A stretch of 37,548 nt of DNA from Hyphomicrobiaceae bacterium (GCA_017353825.1 JAFMSC010000001.1:1-37548), one strand, 5' to 3'. Shown: positions 8,153 to 17,361, counted from the first letter of the stretch. Program-made: numbers and translations. The notes: a model not told the origin generated them from the sequence alone.

Positions 8153-9322
8153 ATGCATGCAACCCGGAGAACGGCGCTCTGGCTGGCCACCCGGAGAACG
8201 GTGCTCTGGCTGGTTCTCGCCTTCGTATCGGTCGCACCGCCCGTGTGCGCCGCCGAGACGGACAGGGCCGAGCCGGTCAAGACCGCCGAGACGGCAAACG
8301 ACGTCGCGCGGTTCATCGCCGGGTTGGAGCCGGCCGCGGATTCGCCGCTGGCACCCTTCACGCACGATGCCTCCTGGCAGCAGCACGCCAAGTCGCTGGA
8401 CGCTGCCTGGGCGAGACTGGAGGAGGAGCGCCTGACGAAGATCCGGGCCTGGGCGGTGGCCAATCTGATCGCGCCGCAGCCGGTCGTGCTCTACATGTTC
8501 AGCGGGCCCGATTTCCTCTACCTCGACGCCTTCTTTTCCGACCGCACCACCTATGTGATGAGCGGGCTGGAGCCGATCGGCCAGATCCCCACCATCGAGT
8601 CGGCGCCGCGACGCTCGCTCGGGCCGGCGCTGGCGGGGCTGCGCGCGTCTGTGGGCACCGCGCTCAACTACAGCTTCTTCATCACCAGCCAGATGAAGAG
8701 CAGCCTCGCCGCCACCAGGCTCAACGGCGTGCTGCCCGTCCTCTACCTGTTCCTTGCGCGTTCGGGTAAGACCATCCAGGAAGTTACCCTGATCGGCGTC
8801 GACAAGGATGGCGCCGTGGTCGCGCCCGGCGCGAAAGACGCAACGCCCGGAGTAAAGATCACCTTCGCCGGCCACGACGGGCGCACCCAGACGCTCTACT
8901 ATTTTCAGACCGACCTGTCCGATGGCGGCGTCAAGCACAGCGGGTTCCTCAAGTTCTGCGAGCGACTGGGCCGGGCGGATGTGTTCATCAAGAGCGCTTC
9001 GTACCTGCTGCACACCGATAACTTTGCCATGGTGCGCGGGTTTCTGATCGACCACGCCACAGCCATCGTGCAGGACGATTCGGGCATTCCGGTACGCCAC
9101 TTCAAGGCCCAGGATTGGCAGCTGCGGCCTTTCGGCAAGTATCTCGGGCCGATCGCGGTGTTCTACGGGATGTACCAGAGAGGCCTGAGCGAGGTATTTC
9201 GGCGATCGAACCCACCGAAGCTGGAGTTCGGGGTGGGCTATCGCTGGCGGCCGCAGGAATCCAACCTCCTCCTCGCCGTCAGGACCCCGCTCGACGGCAT
9301 GGCGCAGGAGACCCCCAAGTAG
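8153..9322 (+). CDS. Secreted protein of unknown function
   Basis: ATG lies 3 nt after the permease stop. Signal peptide (LWLVLAFVSVAPPVCAA). Balanced amino-acid composition and high GC3, whereas the overlapping 505-aa minus-strand ORF is Arg/Pro/Gly-rich. Confidence 0.7.
   Translation: MHATRRTALWLATRRTVLWLVLAFVSVAPPVCAAETDRAEPVKTAETANDVARFIAGLEPAADSPLAPFTHDASWQQHAKSLDAAWARLEEERLTKIRAWAVANLIAPQPVVLYMFSGPDFLYLDAFFSDRTTYVMSGLEPIGQIPTIESAPRRSLGPALAGLRASVGTALNYSFFITSQMKSSLAATRLNGVLPVLYLFLARSGKTIQEVTLIGVDKDGAVVAPGAKDATPGVKITFAGHDGRTQTLYYFQTDLSDGGVKHSGFLKFCERLGRADVFIKSASYLLHTDNFAMVRGFLIDHATAIVQDDSGIPVRHFKAQDWQLRPFGKYLGPIAVFYGMYQRGLSEVFRRSNPPKLEFGVGYRWRPQESNLLLAVRTPLDGMAQETPK
8162..8215. repeat. 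In-frame tandem duplication, 27 bp x2, inside the signal-peptide n-region
   Basis: ACCCGGAGAACGGCGCTCTGGCTGGCC / ACCCGGAGAACGGTGCTCTGGCTGGTT, encoding TRRTALWLA/TRRTVLWLV. Confidence 0.95.
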
Positions 9323-9375
9323 GATGGGAGACCACGCGCGCGGGAGGGAACCCGCGCGATCTGTCGCGTTCTCAG

Positions 9376-9435
9376 ATGGGGCCAGAAGGCATGGGCCCAG
9401 AAGGCATGGGCCCAGAAGGCATGGGCCCAGAAGGG
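9376..9435. repeat. Tandem repeat, 15 bp x4 (ATGGGCCCAGAAGGC)
   Basis: Seen directly in the spacer between the 8153 gene and the methyltransferase gene. Confidence 0.95.
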
Positions 9436-9567
9436 GGCCGGAAGGGGTGCGAAGCGGGGGGCTGGGTGAGGGACCAGCTGCTATTGCCGTCGCCGGCGGG
9501 TGTGGGTCCGAGCTTTGAGTCCCAGCTTTGAGCCCTCGCCTGGTCCAAGTCGCTGTCGGAGAGGCAC

Positions 9568-10395
9568 ATGCCACTGCTTACGCTGCGTCCGCGCCTGCCC
9601 GTGGTCCTCTACGTCGCCACCGTCATGGCCGCCGGGACGGCGCTGGCCCAGCCTGCCAAAGAGTACCAGCCCAAGGAAGGGCAGCCCGGCAAAGACGTGG
9701 TCTGGGTGCCCACGGCCCAGGGCCTCATCGACAAGATGCTCGACATGGCCAAGGCGGCCCCCGGTGACTACGTCATCGACCTCGGCTCCGGCGATGGCCG
9801 CACGGTGATCACCGCCGCCAAGCGCGGGATTAAGGCGCATGGCATCGAATACAACCCGGACATGGTGGAGCTGTCCAAGCGCAACGCCGAGAAGGCGGGC
9901 GTGCTCGACAAGGCCACCTTTGCCCATGCCGACATCTTTGAGAGCGATTTCTCTGACGCTACGGTCATCACCCTATTCCTGCTGCCGCAGCTTAACCTGC
10001 GACTGCGGCCCACGCTGCTGAAGATGAGGCCCGGCACCCGCGTTGTCTCGAACACCTTCGATATGGGCGACTGGCCGCCCGAGGAGACCGTGCAGGCTCC
10101 GGGCGAATGCCACGTCTTCTGCCGCGCCCATCTCTGGATTGTGCCCGCGAAGGTGGACGGCGAGTGGCGGCTGGGAGAGGGCGTGCTCACCCTCACGCAG
10201 AAGTATCAGGCCTTCACTGGCAAGCTCACCACCGGCAACGTCGTCGCGCCCATCACCGATGGCAAGCTCGTCGGCGACGCCATCACCTTCACCGCCGGCG
10301 GAACCCATTACGCGGGGCGCGCGACCGGCGTCGCCATGGAGGGGACAGCCAAGGCGGGCAACACAGAGGCGCTGTGGAGGGCCAACCCCTTGTAG
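9568..10395 (+). CDS. Class I SAM-dependent methyltransferase with N-terminal signal peptide
   Basis: GGAGAGG RBS upstream of the ATG. Signal peptide 'LPVVLYVATVMAAGTALA'. SAM motif I 'VIDLGSGDGR', then 'HGIEYNPDMV' and 'ADIFESDFSDATVITLFL'. Confidence 0.85.
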   Translation: MPLLTLRPRLPVVLYVATVMAAGTALAQPAKEYQPKEGQPGKDVVWVPTAQGLIDKMLDMAKAAPGDYVIDLGSGDGRTVITAAKRGIKAHGIEYNPDMVELSKRNAEKAGVLDKATFAHADIFESDFSDATVITLFLLPQLNLRLRPTLLKMRPGTRVVSNTFDMGDWPPEETVQAPGECHVFCRAHLWIVPAKVDGEWRLGEGVLTLTQKYQAFTGKLTTGNVVAPITDGKLVGDAITFTAGGTHYAGRATGVAMEGTAKAGNTEALWRANPL

Positions 10396-10549
10396 GTGTC
10401 CGACGTCTGACGCCCTGACAACGTCCCTCGTCCCGGCCGGCGGGCGAGCCCAAGGCGAACAGCGCTCCGAGCCCTGATCTCGAAGGTTTCTTATCGCCCG
10501 CGATCCGGGATAGCCTCGCCTTCGGCTCGGCGTCGGGGATTATCAGCTG

Positions 10550-11641
10550 CTACTTGACGATCCTGCGCAACAGCACGGTGTTGTCGAACACCAGGCTGAT
10601 CGTCCAGATCCAGCGTGCCCCCATGAACGCCTCAGGATACCGCCAATAGGCGGGAACCCCCACGATGCCGACGTCCTGGTCGAGGTACTCGAAGGCCCTT
10701 GGCCAGGCGGAGTCGTCGAATTCTGGCGCCATCCAGCCGTCGGGGATCGGGTAGTGAATGGCAAAGCAAAACTCCCTGCACGTGGGCATCCTGGCCAGGG
10801 GGTGAATGCGACCTCCAAGGTGCGACGTGTCGTGAATGTTGCCGTACTCGACGACGTCGTCGGGGTGCTGCAGGGGCGCGATATAAAACGACTGCGCCTT
10901 CCAGGTGCTGTCGGTCACGGTGCCATCGGAGAACCGCGCCACGAAGCCGCCGTCGCCGGAATGCCAGGGGTTAGCCTGGAATACCTCCATTCCGAGCCCT
11001 AGCTTGTCCTCCCAGTCCTGAGCCAGCACGGCGATGGTGTAGGGCCGCTTCACGCGGAAGCGAACCACATGCGAGTTGAACGGCGTGTACGGGGTCACGT
11101 CCACGCCGATCAGCTTGCCGTTGATGTAGAGCTCGAAATAGTTGTCGGCCACCAGGAACCCGGTGACGACCTCGCCGTCCTTGTCAATCTCGATGATCGG
11201 CACTTTATTGAGGTCGACCTCGGCCAGGCTTTTCGGCATGACTTTGGTGCATTCGTTGTAGAGGTCGGGAAGCTTGGGCGCGGTTGCATAGTTGGTGGCC
11301 GCCGGCACCGTGAGTTTGGTGCCGTCCTTGGCCGTAATCTCCCCCACCGCGTTCTTGCGCAGGTTCATGCCCGGCTCGGGGAAAGCGCACGGGATCAAGT
11401 CCTCCGTCATCGTTTTCCCCAGGCCCTGCGTGACGATGCGCGTTGGCGGGGGATTGGCCGCGGGCAGTGGCATCTTGGTCGGTGGCTTCGCCTGCTGCGC
11501 CTCAACGGAGGCCGCCGTGAGCAAAGCCGCCATGAGTAAAGCCGCCATGAGCAGAGCCGCCATCAGCAAGGATGCCGCGAGCAAGAGCGGGCTGGGATAA
11601 AGCGCGCCAACGCATGCTCGGACTTGCCCTCGGGCGGTCAT
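10550..11641 (-). CDS. Secreted protein of unknown function (beta-rich)
   Basis: Start moved to the ATG at 11639-11641, which has GGAG 6 nt upstream. Very long hydrophobic leader, then a Trp/Tyr/Asp-rich mature region. No family recognised. Confidence 0.72.
   Translation of the reverse strand: MTARGQVRACVGALYPSPLLLAASLLMAALLMAALLMAALLTAASVEAQQAKPPTKMPLPAANPPPTRIVTQGLGKTMTEDLIPCAFPEPGMNLRKNAVGEITAKDGTKLTVPAATNYATAPKLPDLYNECTKVMPKSLAEVDLNKVPIIEIDKDGEVVTGFLVADNYFELYINGKLIGVDVTPYTPFNSHVVRFRVKRPYTIAVLAQDWEDKLGLGMEVFQANPWHSGDGGFVARFSDGTVTDSTWKAQSFYIAPLQHPDDVVEYGNIHDTSHLGGRIHPLARMPTCREFCFAIHYPIPDGWMAPEFDDSAWPRAFEYLDQDVGIVGVPAYWRYPEAFMGARWIWTISLVFDNTVLLRRIVK
11511..11585. repeat. In-frame tandem repeat, 15 bp x5, inside the signal-peptide hydrophobic core
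   Basis: GCCGCCRTGAGYARA units. On the coding (minus) strand they give LLAAS-LLMAA-LLMAA-LLMAA-LLTAA. Confidence 0.95.
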
Positions 11642-12265
11642 GTGTTCTCCCCTGGCGATTGCACCGCCGCGCGGCCCTCGAGCGGTCGCACCCGGCAAGC
11701 TGACCGGCCAGCCTACAGAGCACCGATGCCATCGGCAAGGTCAGTCTCGATGCTGACGGGAAGATCGCGGAGCAAAGCCATTGCCCATGTTGTCATTGAG
11801 GACACGTCAAAGTTGGATGCCCCGCGGCGGCCGCGAGGGCCGCTTGCGTGGTGCCGGGATCATCAGCAAGGGTCGGCGCCGACTGCGCGGAGCCGAGCGC
11901 CTCCGGACGGACGAGGTGATCGGCTGCCCATCTGGGCTGGCTTGCCGCTGCTCGACGCGGTGCTCCTCCTAGCCCATGACCTCGCGGAGCGCCGTCGTTG
12001 ATGAGGTGATGGATTGTAGGCATCTCGGCCGCCGGCCTCCGACGGGATGTGCCACACCGGCTTCCAGTTGACCCGCTCGCCTCCATCGCCACGGACGTGA
12101 CGCCATGGCACCGCCACGCGCCAGGGCGATCAGGCCTGCCGTCGGCAGTGTGCCCGTCGCGCAACGCCGTTGGGTCGATAGCGGCTGCCCGGCAATCGGC
12201 CCTGGTCAACGCGGCCAAGATTTCGGAAGCTCGCCACAGCTGGGACAAGGGGATTGGGGGGGGCG

Positions 12266-13033
12266 ATGCCGGCTCTGGCTCGCGTCAGCATCTGCGCGGC
12301 GGGACTTGTGGTACTGGCGGCAACGCCTGCTGGTGCGCAGAGTACACCCGACCTGCTCGGTAACCGTTGGCAGGTGGGCGGTCTAGTCTATGTCTCGCCG
12401 AGCTTCGAGGGTTCCAAGTCCTACGACGCCATCGCCTTTCCCTTCATCGCGCCCGGGGACGTCGGCAACGAGGGCTTCGTGCAGATCAAAGGCGCCGACG
12501 ACGTGCGCCTGCGCCTGTTCCATGACGGTGGCTTCGAATTCGGCCCCCTCGCCGGCTATCGCTTCGGCCGCGACGGCGACGATGTTACCAACGTCGCTGT
12601 CGGCGACGTGGATGGCGGCTTGGTGCTCGGCGGCTTCGCCACCTACCGCACTGGGCCCCTGGCCTTCTCCGTTTCCTACCACCACCAGGTGACCGGAGAC
12701 GACACCGGCGGGCTCGTACGTTTCAGTGTGGAGCACACCAGCAGGCTCTCGCCGGCAGTGAACCTCACCGCAAGCGTCGGCACGGACTACGCCAGCGAGG
12801 AGTACATGACGGCCTTCTTCGCCGTGCCGGGTGTATTCGCCCCCGACGCGGGCTTTAAGGACGTCTTCGTGGGCGCAACCGCCACCGTCGACCTCAGCGA
12901 TCGCTGGTCGCTCCACCTCCTCGGCCGCTACTCCCGCCTCATCGGCGATGCCGCCGACAGCCCGATCGTGGAGACAGCGAACCAGCTCTATGGCGGCCTC
13001 GCCCTCTCCTATAAGTTCAATTGGAATCGCTAG
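12266..13033 (+). CDS. MipA/OmpV-family outer-membrane protein
   Basis: Signal peptide 'ICAAGLVVLAATPAGAQ'. 'YVSPSFEGSKSYDAIAFPFI' and alternating beta-strand pattern. C-terminal 'GGLALSYKFNW'. ATG at 12266 is preferred over TTG at 12254. Confidence 0.75.
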   Translation: MPALARVSICAAGLVVLAATPAGAQSTPDLLGNRWQVGGLVYVSPSFEGSKSYDAIAFPFIAPGDVGNEGFVQIKGADDVRLRLFHDGGFEFGPLAGYRFGRDGDDVTNVAVGDVDGGLVLGGFATYRTGPLAFSVSYHHQVTGDDTGGLVRFSVEHTSRLSPAVNLTASVGTDYASEEYMTAFFAVPGVFAPDAGFKDVFVGATATVDLSDRWSLHLLGRYSRLIGDAADSPIVETANQLYGGLALSYKFNWNR

Positions 13034-13040
13034 AGGCGTC

Positions 13041-13098
13041 GGGCGGAGTGGGGCGAAGCCCGTAATCCGCCGACCTGCCAGTCAATGGCGGATTAGCC
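13041..13098. repeat. REP-like palindromic element (GGGCGAAGCCCGTAATCCGCC ... GGCGGATTA)
   Basis: 9-bp inverted repeat TAATCCGCC/GGCGGATTA with a 15-nt loop. Shares the motif GGCGAAGCCCGYAATC with the element at 37455-37525. Confidence 0.45.
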
Positions 13099-13170
13099 TC
13101 GATCCCATCAGTGTGGCCCCCTCAGCGTGGGCCTCTGATCGCCGTGGCCGCAAAGTCGGCGTACCCGACA

Positions 13171-13443
13171 TCACCAGGGAAGAGCGCGCTCTCTTGCCGC
13201 TGCCCAGCAGAGGCGGCGTTCGCAGCCGGCCCTGCCGTGGACCACCGGCCCGATCTCGCTGCGGTCGAGGCCGATGTCCTTGAGGGTGCGGTCGTCGAGG
13301 GCATTGAGGATGGCGACCGTGGCGCACGCCGCCCGTTGCGTCCAGTAGCGCGACCAGGCGTGCTGCGTCCGGCTCAGTATTTTGTAGCCGATCCGGCTCT
13401 GCGTTGTGCGCCCGCTGAGGAGCGTCGATAGCTGCCGTGCCAT
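13171..13443 (-). CDS. DUF1127 domain protein
   Basis: 'LNALDDRTLKDIGLDRSEI' is the hallmark DUF1127 motif. ATG at 13441-13443. Confidence 0.75.
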   Translation of the reverse strand: MARQLSTLLSGRTTQSRIGYKILSRTQHAWSRYWTQRAACATVAILNALDDRTLKDIGLDRSEIGPVVHGRAGCERRLCWAAARERALPW

Positions 13444-13744
13444 GGCTTCTCTACTCCTGTTCCGCTCCCGACATTCCCACTACCGCTGCCGGTTGGCGGC
13501 TCCCTCGCCTCGTTGCCGCCGGCCCGGGCCTCCCTCTGCGCCTCCAAGTCCAGCCGAACTTGCGGAAGCCCGCGCAGGGGGTCTGCACGCGCTCGAGCCC
13601 GAGTGTCACGACGAGTGTCACAACGAGGGGATGACACCTTCGCCTTGGGGTCGACCTCCTGATCGCCCGTCCTGTCCCCATCAAGTCCTGACGGGGGATG
13701 CGCACTTTTTTACTATTCCTCACAAATGCGTGGGTTTGCCGTGA

Positions 13745-13806
13745 TGAGATACGCCGCTATATCAGTGGCGACAAGCGACGATATCTCGCCTCAGGCGTGA
13801 GATAAT
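13745..13806. promoter_or_regulatory. Candidate LysR operator region (dyad ATATC-N16-GATAT plus three GAGATA repeats)
   Basis: ATATC at 13759-13763 and GATAT at 13780-13784. GAGATA at 13746, GAGATATC (palindrome) around 13780-13787, and GAGATAA at 13799. Located just upstream of the LysR start. Motif assignment is speculative. Confidence 0.25.
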
Positions 13807-13810
13807 CTAA

Positions 13811-14881
13811 ATGCCCACCGCCCTGCGCCGCCCGCTGCCGCCGCTCAACGCCTTGCGTGCCTTCGAGGCCACGGCCCGCCACCTGAGCTTCTCCAAGGCC
13901 GCCGAAGAGCTGCACGTCACGCCCGCCGCCCTCAGCCACCAGATCCGGGGGCTTGAGGATCTGTTGGGTCTAAAGCTGTTCCACCGTCGCGCGCGCTCGA
14001 TCGAGCTCACGGAGCCCGCACGCCTCATCTATCCCGGCGTGCACACCGGCTTCGAGGCCATCCGTGGCGCCATGGAGCGGTTGGGTCTCGGCCGCGACGA
14101 TCGCATTCTGGTGGTCAGCTCCACTCCAGGCTTCACAGCCAAGTGGCTGGTGCCGCGGCTTTACCGCTTCCTTGGCGGCCACCCCGACATCGAGACGCGC
14201 ATTAGCGCCAGCGTCGGCTATGCCAATCTCGCCAGTGATGGGGTGGACGTGGGCATCCGGCTGAGCCCCGGCGTGCATCCGGACCTTTATGTCGAGAAGC
14301 TCTCCGACGAATGGCTGCTGCCGCTGTGCAGCCCGCGCCTCCTCAACGGCGAGCGCCCGCTCCGGTCGCCGCAGGACCTTGCACAATTCCCCCTGATCCA
14401 GGTCGACCTGCCGGGCCTCGTGCCGACGTGGGGGGACTGGGCGCGGCTCGCCGGCATCGAAGGCGTCGACACCACGCACGGACTGCGCCTCAACGTTGCC
14501 GACCACGCACTCGATGCTGCCAGCGAGGGCATGGGCGTGGTGCTGGCCTACAAGATGGTGGCTGCGCGCGACATCGCGCGCAAGCGCCTGGTGTCGCCGT
14601 TCGGACCGGAAATGCTCCTGCCGGGCCGCGCCTACTACTTCGTGTGCGCCCGCGGGCGGGAGAAGCGGGCGCCGGTCAAGGCCTTCCGCGACTGGGTGTT
14701 CGCCGAGATGGAGGAGACCCATGCCAGCCTCAAGGACGCGCTGGCGGGATCAGACGCGCGCTCCGACCCTGCGGGCGTGACCCCGGTGGGCCAAGCCATG
14801 GGCATCGGCACCGGCGCATCCCGGCGTTCCGGCAGGCAGCGCAGGGCCGCCAGGCCGGCCGCAGAAGGGGAGCGCGCATGA
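13811..14881 (+). CDS. LysR-family transcriptional regulator (GcvA-like)
   Basis: 'LPPLNALRAFEATARHLSFSKAAEELHVTPAALSHQIRGLE' is a classic GcvA-type HTH, followed by a substrate-binding domain. About 50 aa of extra Ala/Arg-rich tail. Confidence 0.9.
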   Translation: MPTALRRPLPPLNALRAFEATARHLSFSKAAEELHVTPAALSHQIRGLEDLLGLKLFHRRARSIELTEPARLIYPGVHTGFEAIRGAMERLGLGRDDRILVVSSTPGFTAKWLVPRLYRFLGGHPDIETRISASVGYANLASDGVDVGIRLSPGVHPDLYVEKLSDEWLLPLCSPRLLNGERPLRSPQDLAQFPLIQVDLPGLVPTWGDWARLAGIEGVDTTHGLRLNVADHALDAASEGMGVVLAYKMVAARDIARKRLVSPFGPEMLLPGRAYYFVCARGREKRAPVKAFRDWVFAEMEETHASLKDALAGSDARSDPAGVTPVGQAMGIGTGASRRSGRQRRAARPAAEGERA

Positions 14882-15690
14882 CTGACGACCTCTACGGCCG
14901 CTACCAGGCCCTGAAGTTCGCGCGTCCGCGCCCGCGCATCCTTGAGGTGATCCTGTCCAAGCCGGGCAAGCTCAACGCCCTCGACGCCGACGGGCACCGC
15001 GAGCTGGCCGAGGTGTGGCGCGACATCGACCGCGACCCGGACACCTCGGTGGTGCTCCTGCGCGGCGACGGCGGCGTGTTCTCGGCCGGCGGCGACTTGG
15101 GCATGGTTGAGGCGATGACGCGCGACTGGGCCGTTCGCACGCGCGTGTGGAAGGAGGCGAGCGACCTCGTCTACAACGTCATCAACTCTACCAAGCCGGT
15201 CGTGGCTGCGATCGAGGGCCCGTGCGTCGGCGCCGGCCTGGCGGCGGCCATGGTGGCCGACATCACGGTGGCCGGTCGAACGGCGCGCATCATCGACGGT
15301 CACACCCGCCTCGGCGTTGCCGCCGGCGATCATTCAGCCATCGTGTGGCCGCTGCTGTGCGGCATGGCCAAAGCCAAATACTACCTGCTCCTGTGCGAGG
15401 CCGTGACCGGCGAGGAGGCCGAGCGCATCGGCCTCGTCTCCATGCTCGCCGACGATGGCAAGGTCGTGGAGACGGCCCTCGCCGCGGCCGAGAAGCTGCG
15501 CGACCTGCCGCCAGCGGCCGTGCGCTGGACCAAGCACGCGCTCAACAACTGGCTCAGGATGGCTGGGCCTGCCTTCGACGCCTCTCTCGCCATGGAGTTG
15601 ATGGGTTTCTCCGGGCCCGAGGTCCAGGAGGGCCTGGCTGCACTGAAGGAGAAGCGCCAGCCGAAGTGGGAACCCAAGGAGCCGTTCTGA
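14878..15690 (+). CDS. Enoyl-CoA hydratase/isomerase (crotonase) family protein
   Basis: ATG at 14878 overlaps the LysR stop (ATGA). 'NALDADGHRELAEVWRDID', 'VVLLRGDGGVFSAGGDL', 'KPVVAAIEGPCVGAG'. Confidence 0.9.
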   Translation: MTDDLYGRYQALKFARPRPRILEVILSKPGKLNALDADGHRELAEVWRDIDRDPDTSVVLLRGDGGVFSAGGDLGMVEAMTRDWAVRTRVWKEASDLVYNVINSTKPVVAAIEGPCVGAGLAAAMVADITVAGRTARIIDGHTRLGVAAGDHSAIVWPLLCGMAKAKYYLLLCEAVTGEEAERIGLVSMLADDGKVVETALAAAEKLRDLPPAAVRWTKHALNNWLRMAGPAFDASLAMELMGFSGPEVQEGLAALKEKRQPKWEPKEPF

Positions 15691-15741
15691 CAATATTGAG
15701 GCGTCGGATGTCATTGGGACGACGATCGCCGCGCGGGGCCC

Positions 15742-17361
15742 TCAGGGCGAGAAGATATTTGCGATCGCATTGGCGATGGATGGTGTGCCGGAAGGGGCCG
15801 ACGCCACGTACCTCTCGCGCATCGCCGCGATCTCATCGTCGTAGTTCGGCGTGACGAACGGGACGTTCGTGCCGAACAGGATTTCGCCCATGCGCGTGTC
15901 AAGACCATAGAGATCGCCGAAAGTCCGCACGTTGCCTTGGGGGTCGACCAGCACCGTGAAGTACGTCATGTGGACGGGGATCCGAGTGGCGAGCTTGACC
16001 TCGTAGGTTCCCCCGTTCAACAGGCTTGCCACCTGCTGCTCTGACCAGCCCCTGTCTTGAGCGAGCAGAAGCGTTGCAAGTCGTAACGGATCAGCCACGC
16101 GCATGCAGCCGTGGCTCAGGCCGCGGTACGGTCTTGCGAAGAGATCGCGCTCCGTCGCCGGCGTATCATGCATGTAGACGTCGTGCTTGTTGGGGAACAT
16201 GAACTTGATCAAGCCGAGCGGGTTCTTCGGCCCTGGGGGCTGGCGGAACTCGTAGGCACCGATGTTGGCGGTGCTCCAGTCCACTTTATCGGGATCGACC
16301 GGACGGCCTTGGTAGGTGACTTGCAGCTGGTATTCCTCCAACAGGGACCGGGTCGATTGTGTGCCGCCAAAGAGTGCGAGCAGGCCGCCTTGCGAGCGGT
16401 CACGCAGGCGAGGCAGCAGCTCCTTTCTCCTTATTCCGTCGGGGACCCCCCAGCTTGGATGAAAGACGATCATCTTCATATCTGCCGAGAACGCCGGCGT
16501 CGGCCAATCCGGCTGACCCGCGACGATCCGATCCGAGTGGATGATCTCGCCCTTCCTGACGACGCGCGTGGCAAACTCCGGCACATTGTTCCACACATAG
16601 AACCCGCCGAGGTCCGCCGGCAGCCAGCGCCAGCGCTCCATGTTGACGAGGACGCGGGCCAGCAGGACCGTCCTGTCTTGATTTTCCCCGAAGCTTGCAG
16701 TCGCGTGCGAGCCGCGCAGCTTCAAAAGCAGCCGCCGCAACGCCTCGAACTGTTCGTGTTTGGGATGAAGCGACCGCAAATAGTCGTCGGGGGCATGGCT
16801 GGCGGCAATCTCGTTGAGAACCTCCCCGGGTCGGTGAACGGGCAGGGGGTAATCGAGCACCTTGGAGATGTTTGATAGGTTGCCGAACCGTCCGCCGCGT
16901 GCGTAACGCGCGTACTTGAGCACGGCAAACGTGAGGGCCATTTCGGCTCGGGCCGCTGCGTCGGGCGAGACGGGTCCGGCAGGCAGTCGAGGCAAGGCGA
17001 AATCAGTGGCGCGCAGCCCCCAGTCGTCGGCTTTGCGGATCTCATTGATGACGGAATTGCCCCGCTCGGAGAACCCGCGCTCCGCGACCCACAGCAGCGG
17101 CCCATTGTGCGCCTCGTAGAATGCAGTCGCGGCCGCCAGATCCTCGGCATCGCCGGATGCAACGTTGGTGCGACCTGCCAGCTGAGACAGGGCGTTGCGC
17201 ACCGCGGCCAGCGGCGGGGGAGGGGGTATGCGTACGAGACCGACCCGCACTGCCCACGGCATCAATACGCCGGTCAGATGCAGCAAGAGACCAAACGAGA
17301 GCGCGATGGCAGTGGCCGCGACGACACCGCGCCAGAGTCTCACGATTGCCCGTCCCAACAT
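15742..17361 (-). CDS. L,D-transpeptidase family protein (YcbB-like, YkuD catalytic domain)
   Basis: N-terminal anchor, peptidoglycan-binding-like region, and catalytic 'YMHDTP...LSHGCMRV' motif. Confidence 0.9.
   Translation of the reverse strand: MLGRAIVRLWRGVVAATAIALSFGLLLHLTGVLMPWAVRVGLVRIPPPPPLAAVRNALSQLAGRTNVASGDAEDLAAATAFYEAHNGPLLWVAERGFSERGNSVINEIRKADDWGLRATDFALPRLPAGPVSPDAAARAEMALTFAVLKYARYARGGRFGNLSNISKVLDYPLPVHRPGEVLNEIAASHAPDDYLRSLHPKHEQFEALRRLLLKLRGSHATASFGENQDRTVLLARVLVNMERWRWLPADLGGFYVWNNVPEFATRVVRKGEIIHSDRIVAGQPDWPTPAFSADMKMIVFHPSWGVPDGIRRKELLPRLRDRSQGGLLALFGGTQSTRSLLEEYQLQVTYQGRPVDPDKVDWSTANIGAYEFRQPPGPKNPLGLIKFMFPNKHDVYMHDTPATERDLFARPYRGLSHGCMRVADPLRLATLLLAQDRGWSEQQVASLLNGGTYEVKLATRIPVHMTYFTVLVDPQGNVRTFGDLYGLDTRMGEILFGTNVPFVTPNYDDEIAAMRERYVASAPSGTPSIANAIANIFSP

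Noticed and set aside
8057-9574. 505-aa minus-strand ORF
   Set aside because: Arg/Pro/Gly/Ala-rich low-complexity translation running antisense to the 8153-9322 gene and through the 9376 tandem repeat. This is a typical high-GC shadow ORF, and the plus-strand product has normal composition and a signal peptide.
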